Below are positions 1 through 12,022 of a stretch of DNA of 64,000 bases, one piece after another. Origin of the DNA: Antedon mediterranea (lineage: Eukaryota > Animalia > Echinodermata). The notes below the pieces were generated by a model. It saw only the letters and a program-made list of their open reading frames with translations, was not told the DNA's origin and did no database searches. Within the stretch, counting starts at the first letter, position 1. The number at the start of each line of letters is the position of its first letter. The stretch is taken from NCBI RefSeq assembly GCF_964355755.1, contig NC_092671.1, positions 10,602,001 through 10,666,000 of the forward strand, written 5' to 3'. The position numbers were made by a program, and so were the translations under genes.

Positions 1-2805
1 TAGTTGTAGGAGTAGTAGGAGTCATACTTGATATATAATTAGAGTATTAATACCATAATGATGGTCAAGTCGAGTGGTTAAGACAGAGGCACTGAAAACC
101 ATACAACAGTTTAGGCACAGTTAAAGGTATTGCACTGCTCGACTATACTGTAGTTCTGTTGGTAGCACAAGTGTATTTTAATGTACACGTCTGAATCGTG
201 TAAACTTAAAACCAGTGAATCTTTGGGAACGAGTACAGTTCCTGGTGTTGTTGTTCCTGTACTTTGTTACAGAAACCACAAAGTGTGGCATATGTCCCAA
301 TAGACTGTGGGCTCAAACATGGGACCCTCCCCCCCCCCCCCTGTATGGGTCATAAAATCCCCAAGGGGGAGGTGGTTACGGTAGCCCACAGTCTACAATG
401 GAATGAAAAGAACCTAGTGATGGTAGTTTTAATTTTAGGAGTTTATTCATTTTCTGAGGGCTAGACCACTGGAGTGCACCCCTTTAAACTGCACTGTAAT
501 TTTGTAGTAGATCAAAAGTCTTTAAAATGCATAGGCCTATTGGTTTTACCTTCCTAGAAAATTACTGTAGACATGGAGAACCAGGATTTTTATAGTACTT
601 ACTATACCATTTTATAGGTACAGTATATTGTGTAATATTTCCTGATACAGTAGATGTTTGATATTGTAGGATGCAGTTTTAGGCACAGTTCAATATGTAC
701 TGTTGTATTTTGGTATTCGATGGATGTGGCTAACATCCTGGTTCTGACGGAAACAAAAGGAAGCAATGACACTTTTCACGTTTTGAATTAATTTAATCCA
801 TATGAGAACAACCTATTGTAATTTTCCAGGTTTTGTGAATACTATTCTCTGAAATTCTATGATCCTTTAAAAAAAAAAACCTGTTATATTTATATACTGT
901 GATTGGATCATATTAATACCTTATTTACATATTTTCTAACAATCATTACACTCCAACATACCTTAATACACAGGAGAATCATAACAGTAAAGTTGAATTA
1001 TTTAACTCAGTTTTGAGCTTTATCGAATTAAATCTCAGAACTAACTGTATGCTTGTGGCCTATAGTTTGCTTCTAGGTCAAAACAGTCTTGGAATACAGG
1101 TTTGTTTAGTTCAAGTCTTCTCAACAGTATTTGCTATGTAGTGATTATTGTATAATTATACAGTAGGAGGATGGGGGCCTGCTGTATCCACTAATTTTGA
1201 TGAGGGCATCCTCTATGTACGACCCTTCCTATACTGTATTTTGCTCACCCAGTACTATGTAGGAACTTTGCTGAAACCCATGGAAATCTTAGAAACTTTG
1301 TGTGATGAGTTTCGGGATCCCTTTGACTCGGAGGGAGAGTACCCGTCAGGGTCCCTACCAAGGGTCACAGGTCTCAGGTTTTTAGTTGTTTTTAAAATTA
1401 ATTAGTGTTCCATGACCTTCTCATCAAAATTATTGTCTCTCATTGTTGTGCTATGTCAACATAATGTCAATGACGGCGAATAATGGGGATAGCTATGCAA
1501 ACAAGTAACAAGTAAGTAAGTAAGTGAACTATATGGCATATTGCTGATAATGAATGATTATCAGATACATTGAAAAATTGACTGTTCTCTTTGATGAGGC
1601 AGTACCAAATTAAATAAGCCAAAAGTCCTGAACATTTAATACTGTACTTTCAATTTATTCGCTGCTTCTATCTTTAATCAGTGTCAAAGACTAGACCATG
1701 CAAAATAATAGTGCTACGATTTTAACTGTGAAGTATAACAGATAGATGGCGTTTATTATTTGATTGGACAAAATTATATAAAATGTTACAAAATAATTGC
1801 TGTGTAATAGAATTATTATAGAACTTTTACCATGCCATAGAACTAATACTGAACAGCAAATGATACCAAATTAACCAATCAAATAGTAAGACTATTCTCA
1901 GGTGTTATAGCAATACATAACTAAACATCAACTTTTTTAAGCTAGAATTTCTTACTTAAAGAATTCCCATTACACTTATATATGTCATTAAACTTGCTAA
2001 TTTTGATGGCAATCAGCAGTTAAAGTGGTAATTTGCCATTATACACGTTATGAATTTTTATGATTGATATCAATATACATAGTTACCATATTGTATGACT
2101 CATGAATATTAAATCAAACAATAATACTGTACCACAAATGTTTGATTTTGAGATTTTAAAAGAACGATATCTGGCAGGACAGGATTACACTGACTGCCTT
2201 TTGTCCACATAATACAACAAGGTTTTTGCAAGATCATTCACAACCAAGCAAAAGACAGTTCACACTTGGATATGTTTACAGTACTAGCTGTGAATTTTAT
2301 TTTAAAACTGACATTTCATCTGTGTAAACATGGATTGATACGCAAATGCCCTGACATTTTATAGTGTAAACAGGTATTAGTAGGTGTTTATATTAATTTC
2401 ATTTCTCATTTTCTAGATTAGCGTTGGGTAATTTTGATATTAAATGACCTATAGTCTAGTGCTTTACATTATGATAAAAATTATTGTTGGTGTGATAAAA
2501 TTGATGGAATTATTTACTTCACATACCATGCAGTCCCACAGTATGTTTAGTTAAACATTCTTACATTGTAACTGCTGTAGTTCAGTGCAATTTCAGTACT
2601 GTAGGATTTGTAAAAATATAGTGAAAGGAACTGTTTCTAAATTTTAGTAAAGGAATCCTAAATGTGTTTGTCTAAATAATTGTATCTGGTATTTATTTAA
2701 TTTGTGTTTATTTATTTTATAGTTTTTATAATTTTGTATATATTTCAGTGTATTTAAATATTTTCTGACCTATTTTTATTGAATTTTATTCTTTTCATTT
2801 TCTAG

Positions 2806-5800
2806 GGCAACAACAAAAAGAATCTAAGACGCCTCCTATTAAAGATATCGGAAATGGTTTCAGGTAAGATTGTTATTGTTGTCCATCCACAAGAAGTTTC
2901 TGTATCTTGTGCATCAAATTTAAGGATTATCACAAATTTAAATATATATAAAAATAAAAGCAATGATTTCATTATTGTGTGTTAGTAGAGTAAAGTTAAT
3001 CTACAGTAGATACAAGAAAGGGAACTATTTGTGTGGTTTTAGAAGTTTTATTTAATATTAAATCATGCACTACAAATAATTGTTTACATAGTATATACAC
3101 CTGATGGAAATTGTCTCCATTACTCTGGTTAAAGTTGTCAACAATTCAACAAGTATTCCAAGGTCTACACTGTAAGCCCTTTTCAGTCGGTATAAAAAGC
3201 ATTCATTCATATTCTTTTTTAATTGTCTTTCCCCTATTATTTGTCCCATATCCTGTCAATCGTGTAACGCACCATTTAAACCTTTGAAATACTACAGTAT
3301 ACAGTAAGGTATAAAGTACTGTTGCATTAGTGGCTTTTTATCAAGCTATTATCTCATTTTCAACAGATACTGTAGGAATATAATTTTAAGTACGGTTACT
3401 TTATTTGATTTAAAGTGCAAAAGATATGTTTACTTCATACAGGTATATATTTAATGTAATTTTATTTTAGGTATACACTTAACACCTTACTTTACTTATC
3501 TGTGTTTTTACTTAGATTTTTAGCTGTGTCCATAACAGTGCAGTAAACTGAATACATGAACATATATATGTTTGTATAGACGACAATATATGCATACATT
3601 TGGCCTATAAGCCCTACAACAATACAGTAGGCCTACTGTATTCTGGAAAAAATAGTATACAGTATGGAATATATAACAAAAAAGAATTACTGTATGATAA
3701 ATTAAACAAATACAGTATTTCTATTTCTGTTTGAAATGAATAACCATATTTTCGTTTTTTTAGAAAAACTGTACATAGGCCATCAAACGCGGATCTTATC
3801 ATGATGGCGTCCCATTTTCGTGAAGAGCATGGACAGTCACCGGTCACCAGACGTCATCGACTACTTCAAATGGGCAACAGCCAATCTTCTGAATTGTCCG
3901 TAAACAGTAATCGTTCCCAAAGCAGGTAACATAATGTTTATTATAGTGTTGGTCACTCATTGAATTATTTCAACATTTTCTGGCATTGATATTGACCCGT
4001 TCTTATATTGAGAATTACAATTTCAGTATTCTAAACTATGTCAGTGCACAATATTATTACTATTTTCATGTTAAATTGTTAAATCTGGTCACTTGGTTCA
4101 ATTCAACATCAAAAGGGGAGACAAATTGTAGATCAAACCTATAGTGGTACTGTAGTTCAACTTTGGACAAGTAGACAGTGTGACTGATAAATATGTTAAT
4201 ATTTAAACAAAGTCTTTGACCTACAACAGGAGATTACCTACAGGAGATTAACCTTTACAAATATAACTTTAACATTAGGCCTACAGTTTGGGGCTCCTAA
4301 GCTATTAAAACCTATCTAAAATGTTACAGTACAAATGGTATGAATCATTTCTTTTATTCAATTTATGGCATACCCCTCATTTCGTGCAATACAAACATTT
4401 TGTATTATTTTATTTTATCAATTCCTAACAGTTTAGAAGAAATATTGATGAACAGAGATGACCCAGAAGAGATTTTGTTAGATCTTGGTTTTGGATCAAA
4501 AGAACAAGAAACTGTTGACCGCGTACCAACAAGGTTCTACTCAAAACCATCTAAAGCTCGTGGAATGAACATTGGTCAATTTATAAATAACTGTCATGAA
4601 GAAGAAATAAGAAGTTGTAGTAAGTTAATTCTACATTCTAAAATATGTGAACCTTTTATCTTTGTTCTTAGATGTGTTTAACATGTATTAATACTAAAGT
4701 ATTCTGAATTCAGCTGGTTCTCAGTACTGTATCTAAAATATACCAGTATCATAGGCAAATTCTATGATACATTATCTCATATGTTCCACATGTGATGCCT
4801 GTATCATAGGCACTAACCTAAACCTAACCTTCCATGTTATAGGCACCACCTGTGATAAACATGAGATGTTGTATTAGAAAATTTGAATTTGATACTGGAC
4901 AAATTTAGATACAGTATTTAGAATTGGTCGCTGAAGGAATGTACAAGCAATTTGCTTCTCAGTCAAAAATTAGAAATACAATTTTGTTTGCAGATGATTT
5001 GAATATTGGAGGTGGGTTTAGGAGTATATTTGGAATACTGCAACGTGCTCGTGAAGGACAAGCTAGGTCAGAGTTGTCAGAGAAACGAAGAAAAAAGAGT
5101 GTTGCTAATGCCTGGAATAAGTGGCTTAACAAAACAGTCAAAGTAAATCCAGATGATAAGGATAGGGCTACAGTAAAAGAGATTAATACTGTTGTTAGTG
5201 GTATACAAAAAGACCATGTTGTTGTTGCTGAAAATAAAGATATGAAAGACTCCAATATGCAGTTAAATTCCTGTGAAGTTGTTGAAGATATTGTCACAAG
5301 CTCATCTGATACCATTGTAGATCATCCTCCAGAGGAAACAGTCAAACAAAATAAATCGGGTTCTGAAATCCATGAAGAAGAATCTAAAGTAACACATCAG
5401 CGGTTGCCTCTTCCACCAGTCAGAGAAGATTCAGAAGGATCTATTGCATCCAAAAAGAGTTCCTCTAGCACATTGGAAGGAGGGTCATCAGCAGGCACTT
5501 TAGTAACACGAACAAGTGATAAACCGGAAGACTCTCTGCAAATAGATCATGTTGCTAATGTGGAAGAGATTCCTTGTGTTAAAGAGACAAAAGATCATTT
5601 AAGGAAGATACCAGGATATTTGTTGAGTAATACACCTCAGGAATCATTTGAGTTTGAAGAGGTATTGTCAATTTTAATTTTGATTTGAAGAACTAAATTT
5701 AACCTATTGTTCTACATTGCAGAATGCAATTGTTGTGTCAATTCACCATGAGTATCTTTTTGATGGAAACACTAATGCTTTGTCTACACTAAAACAAGTG

Positions 5801-8800
5801 TGATGTGCCCAAATATGATAGTGATATGATGTTATCGTTCCCATATATGGGCACATCACATTTTGTTGTCACATAATAAAGAAAATAAATCAGATAGAGC
5901 TTAAAGATGTATTGTCCCTTGAAACACAAAAAAATGAAGGTCAAAATATTCTAAATTTAAATTGGCCATATCAAAGTAATATTAAAGTTATTCACTTTAA
6001 GTCGAAAATTCGAGCCAAAAGCAACAAGTTTACGTAATTAACAGGTAAATTAGTTTGATTACATTTCGTTTGGAAAATAGTCGCGAGCGAAAGTAAACAA
6101 AGATTTCAAACCACGAGTACGCATTATGGATATGCTAATTAGGATTATTTACAACTCGTCACGGTTGAGAAGGTATTTTCACACAGATCATGAGGAAGTT
6201 TTATGATTATGCATACAGAGTAGCCAAACAAGCGTGTTTCATTATGGGGTATGTTTTGATCGAAAACTTTGACTGGAAGTCAGAGTTATTTATTTAACAA
6301 AAAAACATCTGTATTTCAGTTAAATGATTTTTTTTTCGACAAAGTTTTGGTGATAGTTAATAACTATTATGATACTTCAAAATGACCGACCTTTTTTCGA
6401 AATCTGTTATTTTTTATTTTTTTGGAATTAGTCAAAGGGACAATACATCTTTAAGATTCCATTATATTTTATTATATTTGGATATGAAGTTTGTGATTGT
6501 ATATACTTAAAACGTGATGGAGGAGGAAGAACCATTTTGTTATTAATGTATAGTTTAATCTCTTTCTCTAGGTGTCAACTGCTTCTGAAATGATGGAAGA
6601 TGAACGGCAAAATCTTGAGAGATTATTAAATGCTTCTAAAGGTTAGTTGTTGCTTCACATTCACAGTATTGAATTCCAAACAGTAGGCTTGATAATACTG
6701 ATTATTTAAAAACACATCTACTACATACTGTTTTGAAATTCTGACTAATACTGATACTACACACTATTTTATCAGTAGTATTTCTTTGAGTTTAAAGTTC
6801 CACTTTCAATCAAATAAACTTGATAAAACTCAATCAGGGACTCATGCGGCTCAGCCAGTAATTAAAGGTGGCCTCATACATACTTTTTGCTTATTTTATT
6901 TTGTATCTACATTGAGATCCAGCCACTGATACCTACAGAATTGTCACTATTTTCAGTAATTTGCTTTTGGATTTTTACATATAGACATATACATTTTTAC
7001 ACAGTAGAGTTTCACCATCAATTTCAATCACAATGGCTACTCTGACAAACACTTGCACAATATGTATTTTTAATTTGTTAGTTATTTATTTTACTATTAT
7101 TTTATTGTATCTAATATTTTGATTTTATGATATGCTACTATAATATTCTCACTCCTGGTTATTATTGCTACAAATAATATACATTCTTAATAATTAGTTT
7201 TAATTTCACATTCCAGGTCAACTGAGTCGTGCTGGGAGTGCACAATCTGATAGTAGTGGGTTTGCTGATGATTTGGTAGATATTACAACTGGAAGTCGGT
7301 TATCACCACAAGTAGAAGGCAGAGAAGAGGATTTTATTTGTGTTCGTGATATTGATGTACAAACAAATTTAAATGAATTCGTAAATGATGACTGTTTTGA
7401 AGATGATAGTCCATTTGATAATAGCTGTCATAAAGCAGCACCACAAAAAAGAGGTCGTCTTGAAACATTTCCAAAAGCATCAGAAAAGGCTTCGTGGTCA
7501 GAAGATCATCCAAAATCAGTTATAGAGATCTTAAAAACTCTTAAAAGTACCAGTGAGGTTCAGAAGTGTCCAAACGGTCATTCCAAACGACCTCCTCTTT
7601 TGAAGATGAAATCTGTATATTTGGATTATCCAGAAGATCTACCAACAAATGTAAGATCAACTGAACTGCCATCAATAGAAGCACCTTCTCTAACCAGCAA
7701 TCCATGTTCTGCAGAGTCAACTTTTGAAGGAACACATTCTCAAACATTTTCCAATGCTATTCAACAATTTGATTCTAATCTTTCTTCCATAGATGTTCAG
7801 CAAAGTCATTCATGTCATCCGCCTTCCAATAATTCACATCACCAGACTTCCATCGAAACAGGTGTTCAATTGACCACTGCACTGCCTTCCACTCCTTTGA
7901 AAAGCAATATTTTAACATCAAATCCACAATTTGAAAATGGCAATATTGAAGACAATTTATCTGGTGCCACAACTAATGTTATATCCACCAAAGAACCAAA
8001 TTCAATAAAAAACGATGGTTCAAAAGGCATTTGTAATGGAAAGAAAAATACAGTGGTCACCTCTAAATGTGAAATTTACCTTGCTAAAGACTTCCGTGGC
8101 TTAAGTGTTGTTACACCAAGCAATTACTGTGAAGAATTACCTGCAGATATTTATAGTAAAGGAATGTCAAATACAGAGTTATCAAATGTAGAGGTTGAAC
8201 ATAACAGAGTGTGTAGTGATCTGAATGCACTCATTGGCTGTGTGAATTCATGTGACATCCAACAACCAATTAATGAGATGGAAATTATTAATGCTAAACA
8301 ACAGGTAGACTGTATATAATATTTATCTTAAGCTCTGTCTACACTATCAAACTTAATGTGATGTAATCTGCCCATATACAGACATGATGATGTCATACAA
8401 CTACCATATTCGGACACATCACACTTTTTTGCCAAACTAGTTTGATAGTGTAGACAGAGCTTTACCATATTACCACAAACTGTGGAAGGTGATGTTTCTC
8501 TTTGAGAAAATACATTTTAAGGCGTACCAAATAATTAAATTACAGATTAAACTCTGAAAGATGTACAATTCAATTTGTAATTTGGATTGCAATAGTTTTA
8601 AAACAATTTCTGCTTATTTTGTGTGTTTTTAGATGGCACTCCAAGACATCTTACTTCTCCACAGAGCTGTCACTGGTTACAAATCGGAGCTGGTAGAACT
8701 AGAGGGGTTATCAGACCAGATATATCAAATGGTGCACAGCCATCTAACACTGAAAGAAAGGTTAGTTTTATGAATCTGTGTCTTTTTGATATTTTCCATT

Positions 8801-11046
8801 TCTGTTTCATTTTTAATATGCACTGTCAACGATTTGTCAATCTGCAGTATGATAATGTATTCTGGTTTGTTTTATGAAATTTATGACTGTAATTTGTTAC
8901 TTATGAAGTTTATAAACTGCACATTTTAGTGCCACCATAACAATTTTGTGATATATGTTTCTAATTTTGTCTTTAATTGTAGGTATGAGTTGGGATCTTT
9001 GAAAACTTTGCGACTTCAAGTAATGGAAGAGGTAGAGTCAATTGAAAGACTGCTGGTCGGTCTTGCACAAACTATCAGTAACGAGTCGCAGGTAAAGTAA
9101 ACTATCTAATTGATCATGAAATGTTACATTCAAGAAATGTTTTGCTTTTCATAATATTGTATATAAACAAAACTATATTATATTTTCAAACGCAATATGT
9201 AAATAGTCCTTATGTCTGAATTGATATTTCTAATAGGTTTCTTGATGGGTTTCTGATAGGAAGACTAAGTTCCACCTTTATTCATAATTGCTATTTTACT
9301 TTAGGAGGATTTTCCAGACACATACCAGAATTCCCTTGACCATCTTCAAGTCCTGAAACAGATGATAACTCTACTCCAGGAACAGAAAACATTGAGGGAT
9401 ACGTTGGGTAGCTTGGAAGTTGAGTATTGGATTGCCTATGGAAGTGTAGTCCATGAAACCCCAATACCATGGACATCTGAAAGAGCTGAGCTTATAGAGC
9501 AATTGATGGATTTGAGATCGGAGCTGGATAGACTACGTCACTCATCTCAGAAGCTGTTTGCATCATCATTACAAGAGGTAGAAATAGAATGTTTCCAAAA
9601 ATAAAGCTCTGTCTACACTATCAAACTTTATTTGACAAAAAAAATCTAATGTGCCCAAATATGGACATGAAGATGTCATATCTGTGCATATCACTACCAT
9701 ATTTGGGTTCATCAAACTTTTTTGGTCAAACTAGTTTGTACACAGAGCTTTACAGTAATGTTAAACTGAACATAGCGGTAGATTGAGGTTTAACATGCTT
9801 GCTTGCTTCTCCAACAACCTTGGATCAAGTTTAATCTATTCCATAATAGAGTTTGACTCAACTAGAATCCATAGTTTTCATTATATCAATTGGTTACATT
9901 CTTTCAGCATTTTTATTACATTTTTAATATATAATCTTATATTTAAATAAGTTTAATGAAGATTTTTGCTGACCATGTGAAAATTATTTGCAATTTAAAT
10001 ATTCAAATTATAAATGAAAAGAACAAAAATAAATCCAGTTGAACCAATTATGTTTAAAAGTAAGTTCATATAATGATGATATAATTTTACTTTGTCACTA
10101 GATGAAGCATGATCTTTTAAAACAATTGCGCAATGACGTCATGGAAGAAACAGAAAATCTAAGGTCACAACTTAAGGTATTTTACTCTTAATTTTTTCAG
10201 TATTTTTATAATTTAAGTTGGACCACAATTGTTTTTATATATAGTATAGTGTTATAGTTATTTTATTACGCCACCGAATCTACAAAACTGTTTCAAAAGT
10301 AAGACATTCAATTGACATTGATTGAGTTACATGGTTCATATGTGTGTGATCAGGGGCGGATTTAGGGGAGGAAGCGGCCGGACCCCCTTTTGTAATATAT
10401 ATATATTATGTAAAAATTTGCGACGGAAAAACTGGCTTTAGGCGCAAAAAAAAACCAGTTCCGTATATTAAATATGGTCTATAAAACCCACTATATTCAG
10501 ATAATTATATGACAAGAATCGACTGGCCTAAACGCGTCAGGTAGTACCTCCGGGCATCTAGAAAAAAAATTTTCGCGGGGGAGGCGGTTGGTGTTGGGGC
10601 ATGCCCCTGGACCCCCATGACGATTATTTTTCCCATTTTTTCCCCTCTTTATCAAAATCCTAGATCCGCCCCTGGTGATGAGAGAAGATAAGTTAAAAAG
10701 TTCAAAGTCTTCTGCTGCGTATGACAGATCTAGTCAAATGATCGAGCGGTTGAGGCAGTGTACACAGTTTGTCCATGTGATCCAGGTTTGATATGAGTAG
10801 GGGGTTAATCCGGTGAACTGGTTCAGCTCTATCTATTTGACACGACATTAATTAATTTACTCTTGGTAATCCATGGATAAATACATAAAATAAAAAAATA
10901 TATTGATTTACACACTGCATACACAATACTGTCTGACATTACCTTTTTAGATTAAAGAGAATGAAGTTGAACACTTGAGACGGCAGCTACAGATAACATG
11001 TGATGGCAATAGTAACCAATCAGAGATCACCTCTCATGTCACATGA
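2806..11046 (+). CDS. ITPRID/SSFA2 (KRAP)-like IP3-receptor-interacting protein, multi-exon, 5'-partial
   Basis: Exons with consistent phases: 2806-2863, 3764-3925, 4432-4619, 4994-5661, 6572-6641, 7217-8304, 8633-8760, 8983-9091, 9305-9577, 10102-10176, 10951-11046 (TGA). Contains the KRAP IP3R-binding motif SLEEILMNRDDPEEILLDLGFG..RVPTRF..SKARG, the ESFEFEEV and LSRAGSAQSDSSGFADD motifs of SSFA2/ITPRID, and a C-terminal coiled coil. Start codon not identified. Confidence 0.85.
5777..5900. mobile_element. Degenerate copy of ~135-bp MITE (Tourist/PIF-Harbinger-like family A)
   Basis: gctttgtctacact...tgtgatgtgcccaaatatg...gatagagc; same internal sequence as the copies at 8330, 9605 and 37208. 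Confidence 0.6.
5905..6450. mobile_element. Non-autonomous DNA transposon with TTAA TSD (Kolobok-like), copy 1
   Basis: TIRs AGATGTATTGTCCC...GGGACAATACATCT flanked by TTAA on both sides (5901-5904, 6451-6454); highly similar inverted copy at 25460-25999. RR..YY termini with a TTAA TSD are typical of Kolobok. Confidence 0.85.
8330..8463. mobile_element. MITE family A (Tourist/Harbinger-like)
   Basis: TIRs AGCTCTGTCTACACTATCAAACT / AGTTTGATAGTGTAGACAGAGCT with TTA flanks. Confidence 0.8.
9605..9750. mobile_element. MITE family A (Tourist/Harbinger-like)
   Basis: agctctgtctacactatcaaact...agtttgtacacagagct; same family as 8330-8463. Confidence 0.75.
10351..10674. mobile_element. hAT-like MITE with 5-bp TSD
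   Basis: TIRs CAGGGGCGGATTTAGG / CCTAGATCCGCCCCTG, flanked by direct repeat GTGAT (10346-10350, 10675-10679). Confidence 0.8.
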
Positions 11047-11637
11047 TGGAAACACAGTGATACACATAAACATATGAAAAAAACATTTAATGTCAAAGGT
11101 CAGTCAAGAAATCACTATCGTTGAACTTGATTTTATGATGTTGTGACTTTGTTTTATTTTGAGCTGTTTTTTTCAAATGGGGCTACGGCTTCCGTTTTTA
11201 ATGATTAAATTTTAGTATTTCTATTTCTAATATTATATTGTAAACTATAACACATCCATAACATGATTTTGCTTTGTTGACAACAGTCATTGTGTTTACA
11301 ATATATTTTAAATAGCATTCCGAAGGCAATAAGTTATTTACTGCATATGAAAATGAAAATTATAAATTAAAAACACTGTAAAACTGTAGCAAATGGACTA
11401 CATTAAAAAGCGGTTGAATAAAATATGTGAAAAATTTTATACAAAAGCCGTTGTTTTAGATAGGTGTATTAGGGAAGTATACAGTACCCCCCCTGTCTAT
11501 ATGGTGGTATTTACCAATGGTAACTATGGTTGTAGAAGTAAATATGGTAGTAGATATTTATGTTATCAGCGGTATGGCAATTCATTTTTACCTAGATAAA
11601 TGCTCCTTCATGGTAATAGTTATCTTACCACTATGTT

Positions 11638-12022
11638 AGTGGCTATTGAATGCTATCTTTATGGTAGTGGCTATTCAATGTGGCTATTGAATGCTATCTT
11701 TATGGTAGTGGCTATTCAATGTGGCTATTGAATGCTATCTTTATGGTAGTGGCTATTCAATGTGGCTATTCAATGTTACCTTTATGGTAGTGGCTATTCA
11801 ATGTGGCTATTCAATGTTACCTTTATGGTAGTGGCTATTCAATGTGGCTATTGAATGCTATCTTTATGGTAGTGGCTATTCAATGTGGCTATTCAATGTT
11901 ACCTTTATGGTAGTGGCTATTCAATATAACCTTATGGTAGTGGCTATTCCTTGTTACCATTATGGTAGTAGCTATACAATGTGGCTATTCAATGTTACCT
12001 TTATGGTAGTGGCTATTTAATG
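11638..12022. repeat. 41-bp minisatellite with internal 13-bp subrepeat
   Basis: Unit tatggtagtggctattcaatgtggctattgaatgctatctt, about 9 copies with two unit variants. Confidence 0.9.

Noticed and set aside
1148-1405. 85-aa ORF as a possible upstream exon of the KRAP-like gene
   Set aside because: No recognisable motif and only a weak donor site; cannot be supported without transcript data.
4959-5315. Minus-strand 118-aa hydrophobic ORF (and similar ones at 7541-8060, 33580-33870, 61099-61302)
   Set aside because: Antisense shadows of real coding exons or of transposon coding sequence.
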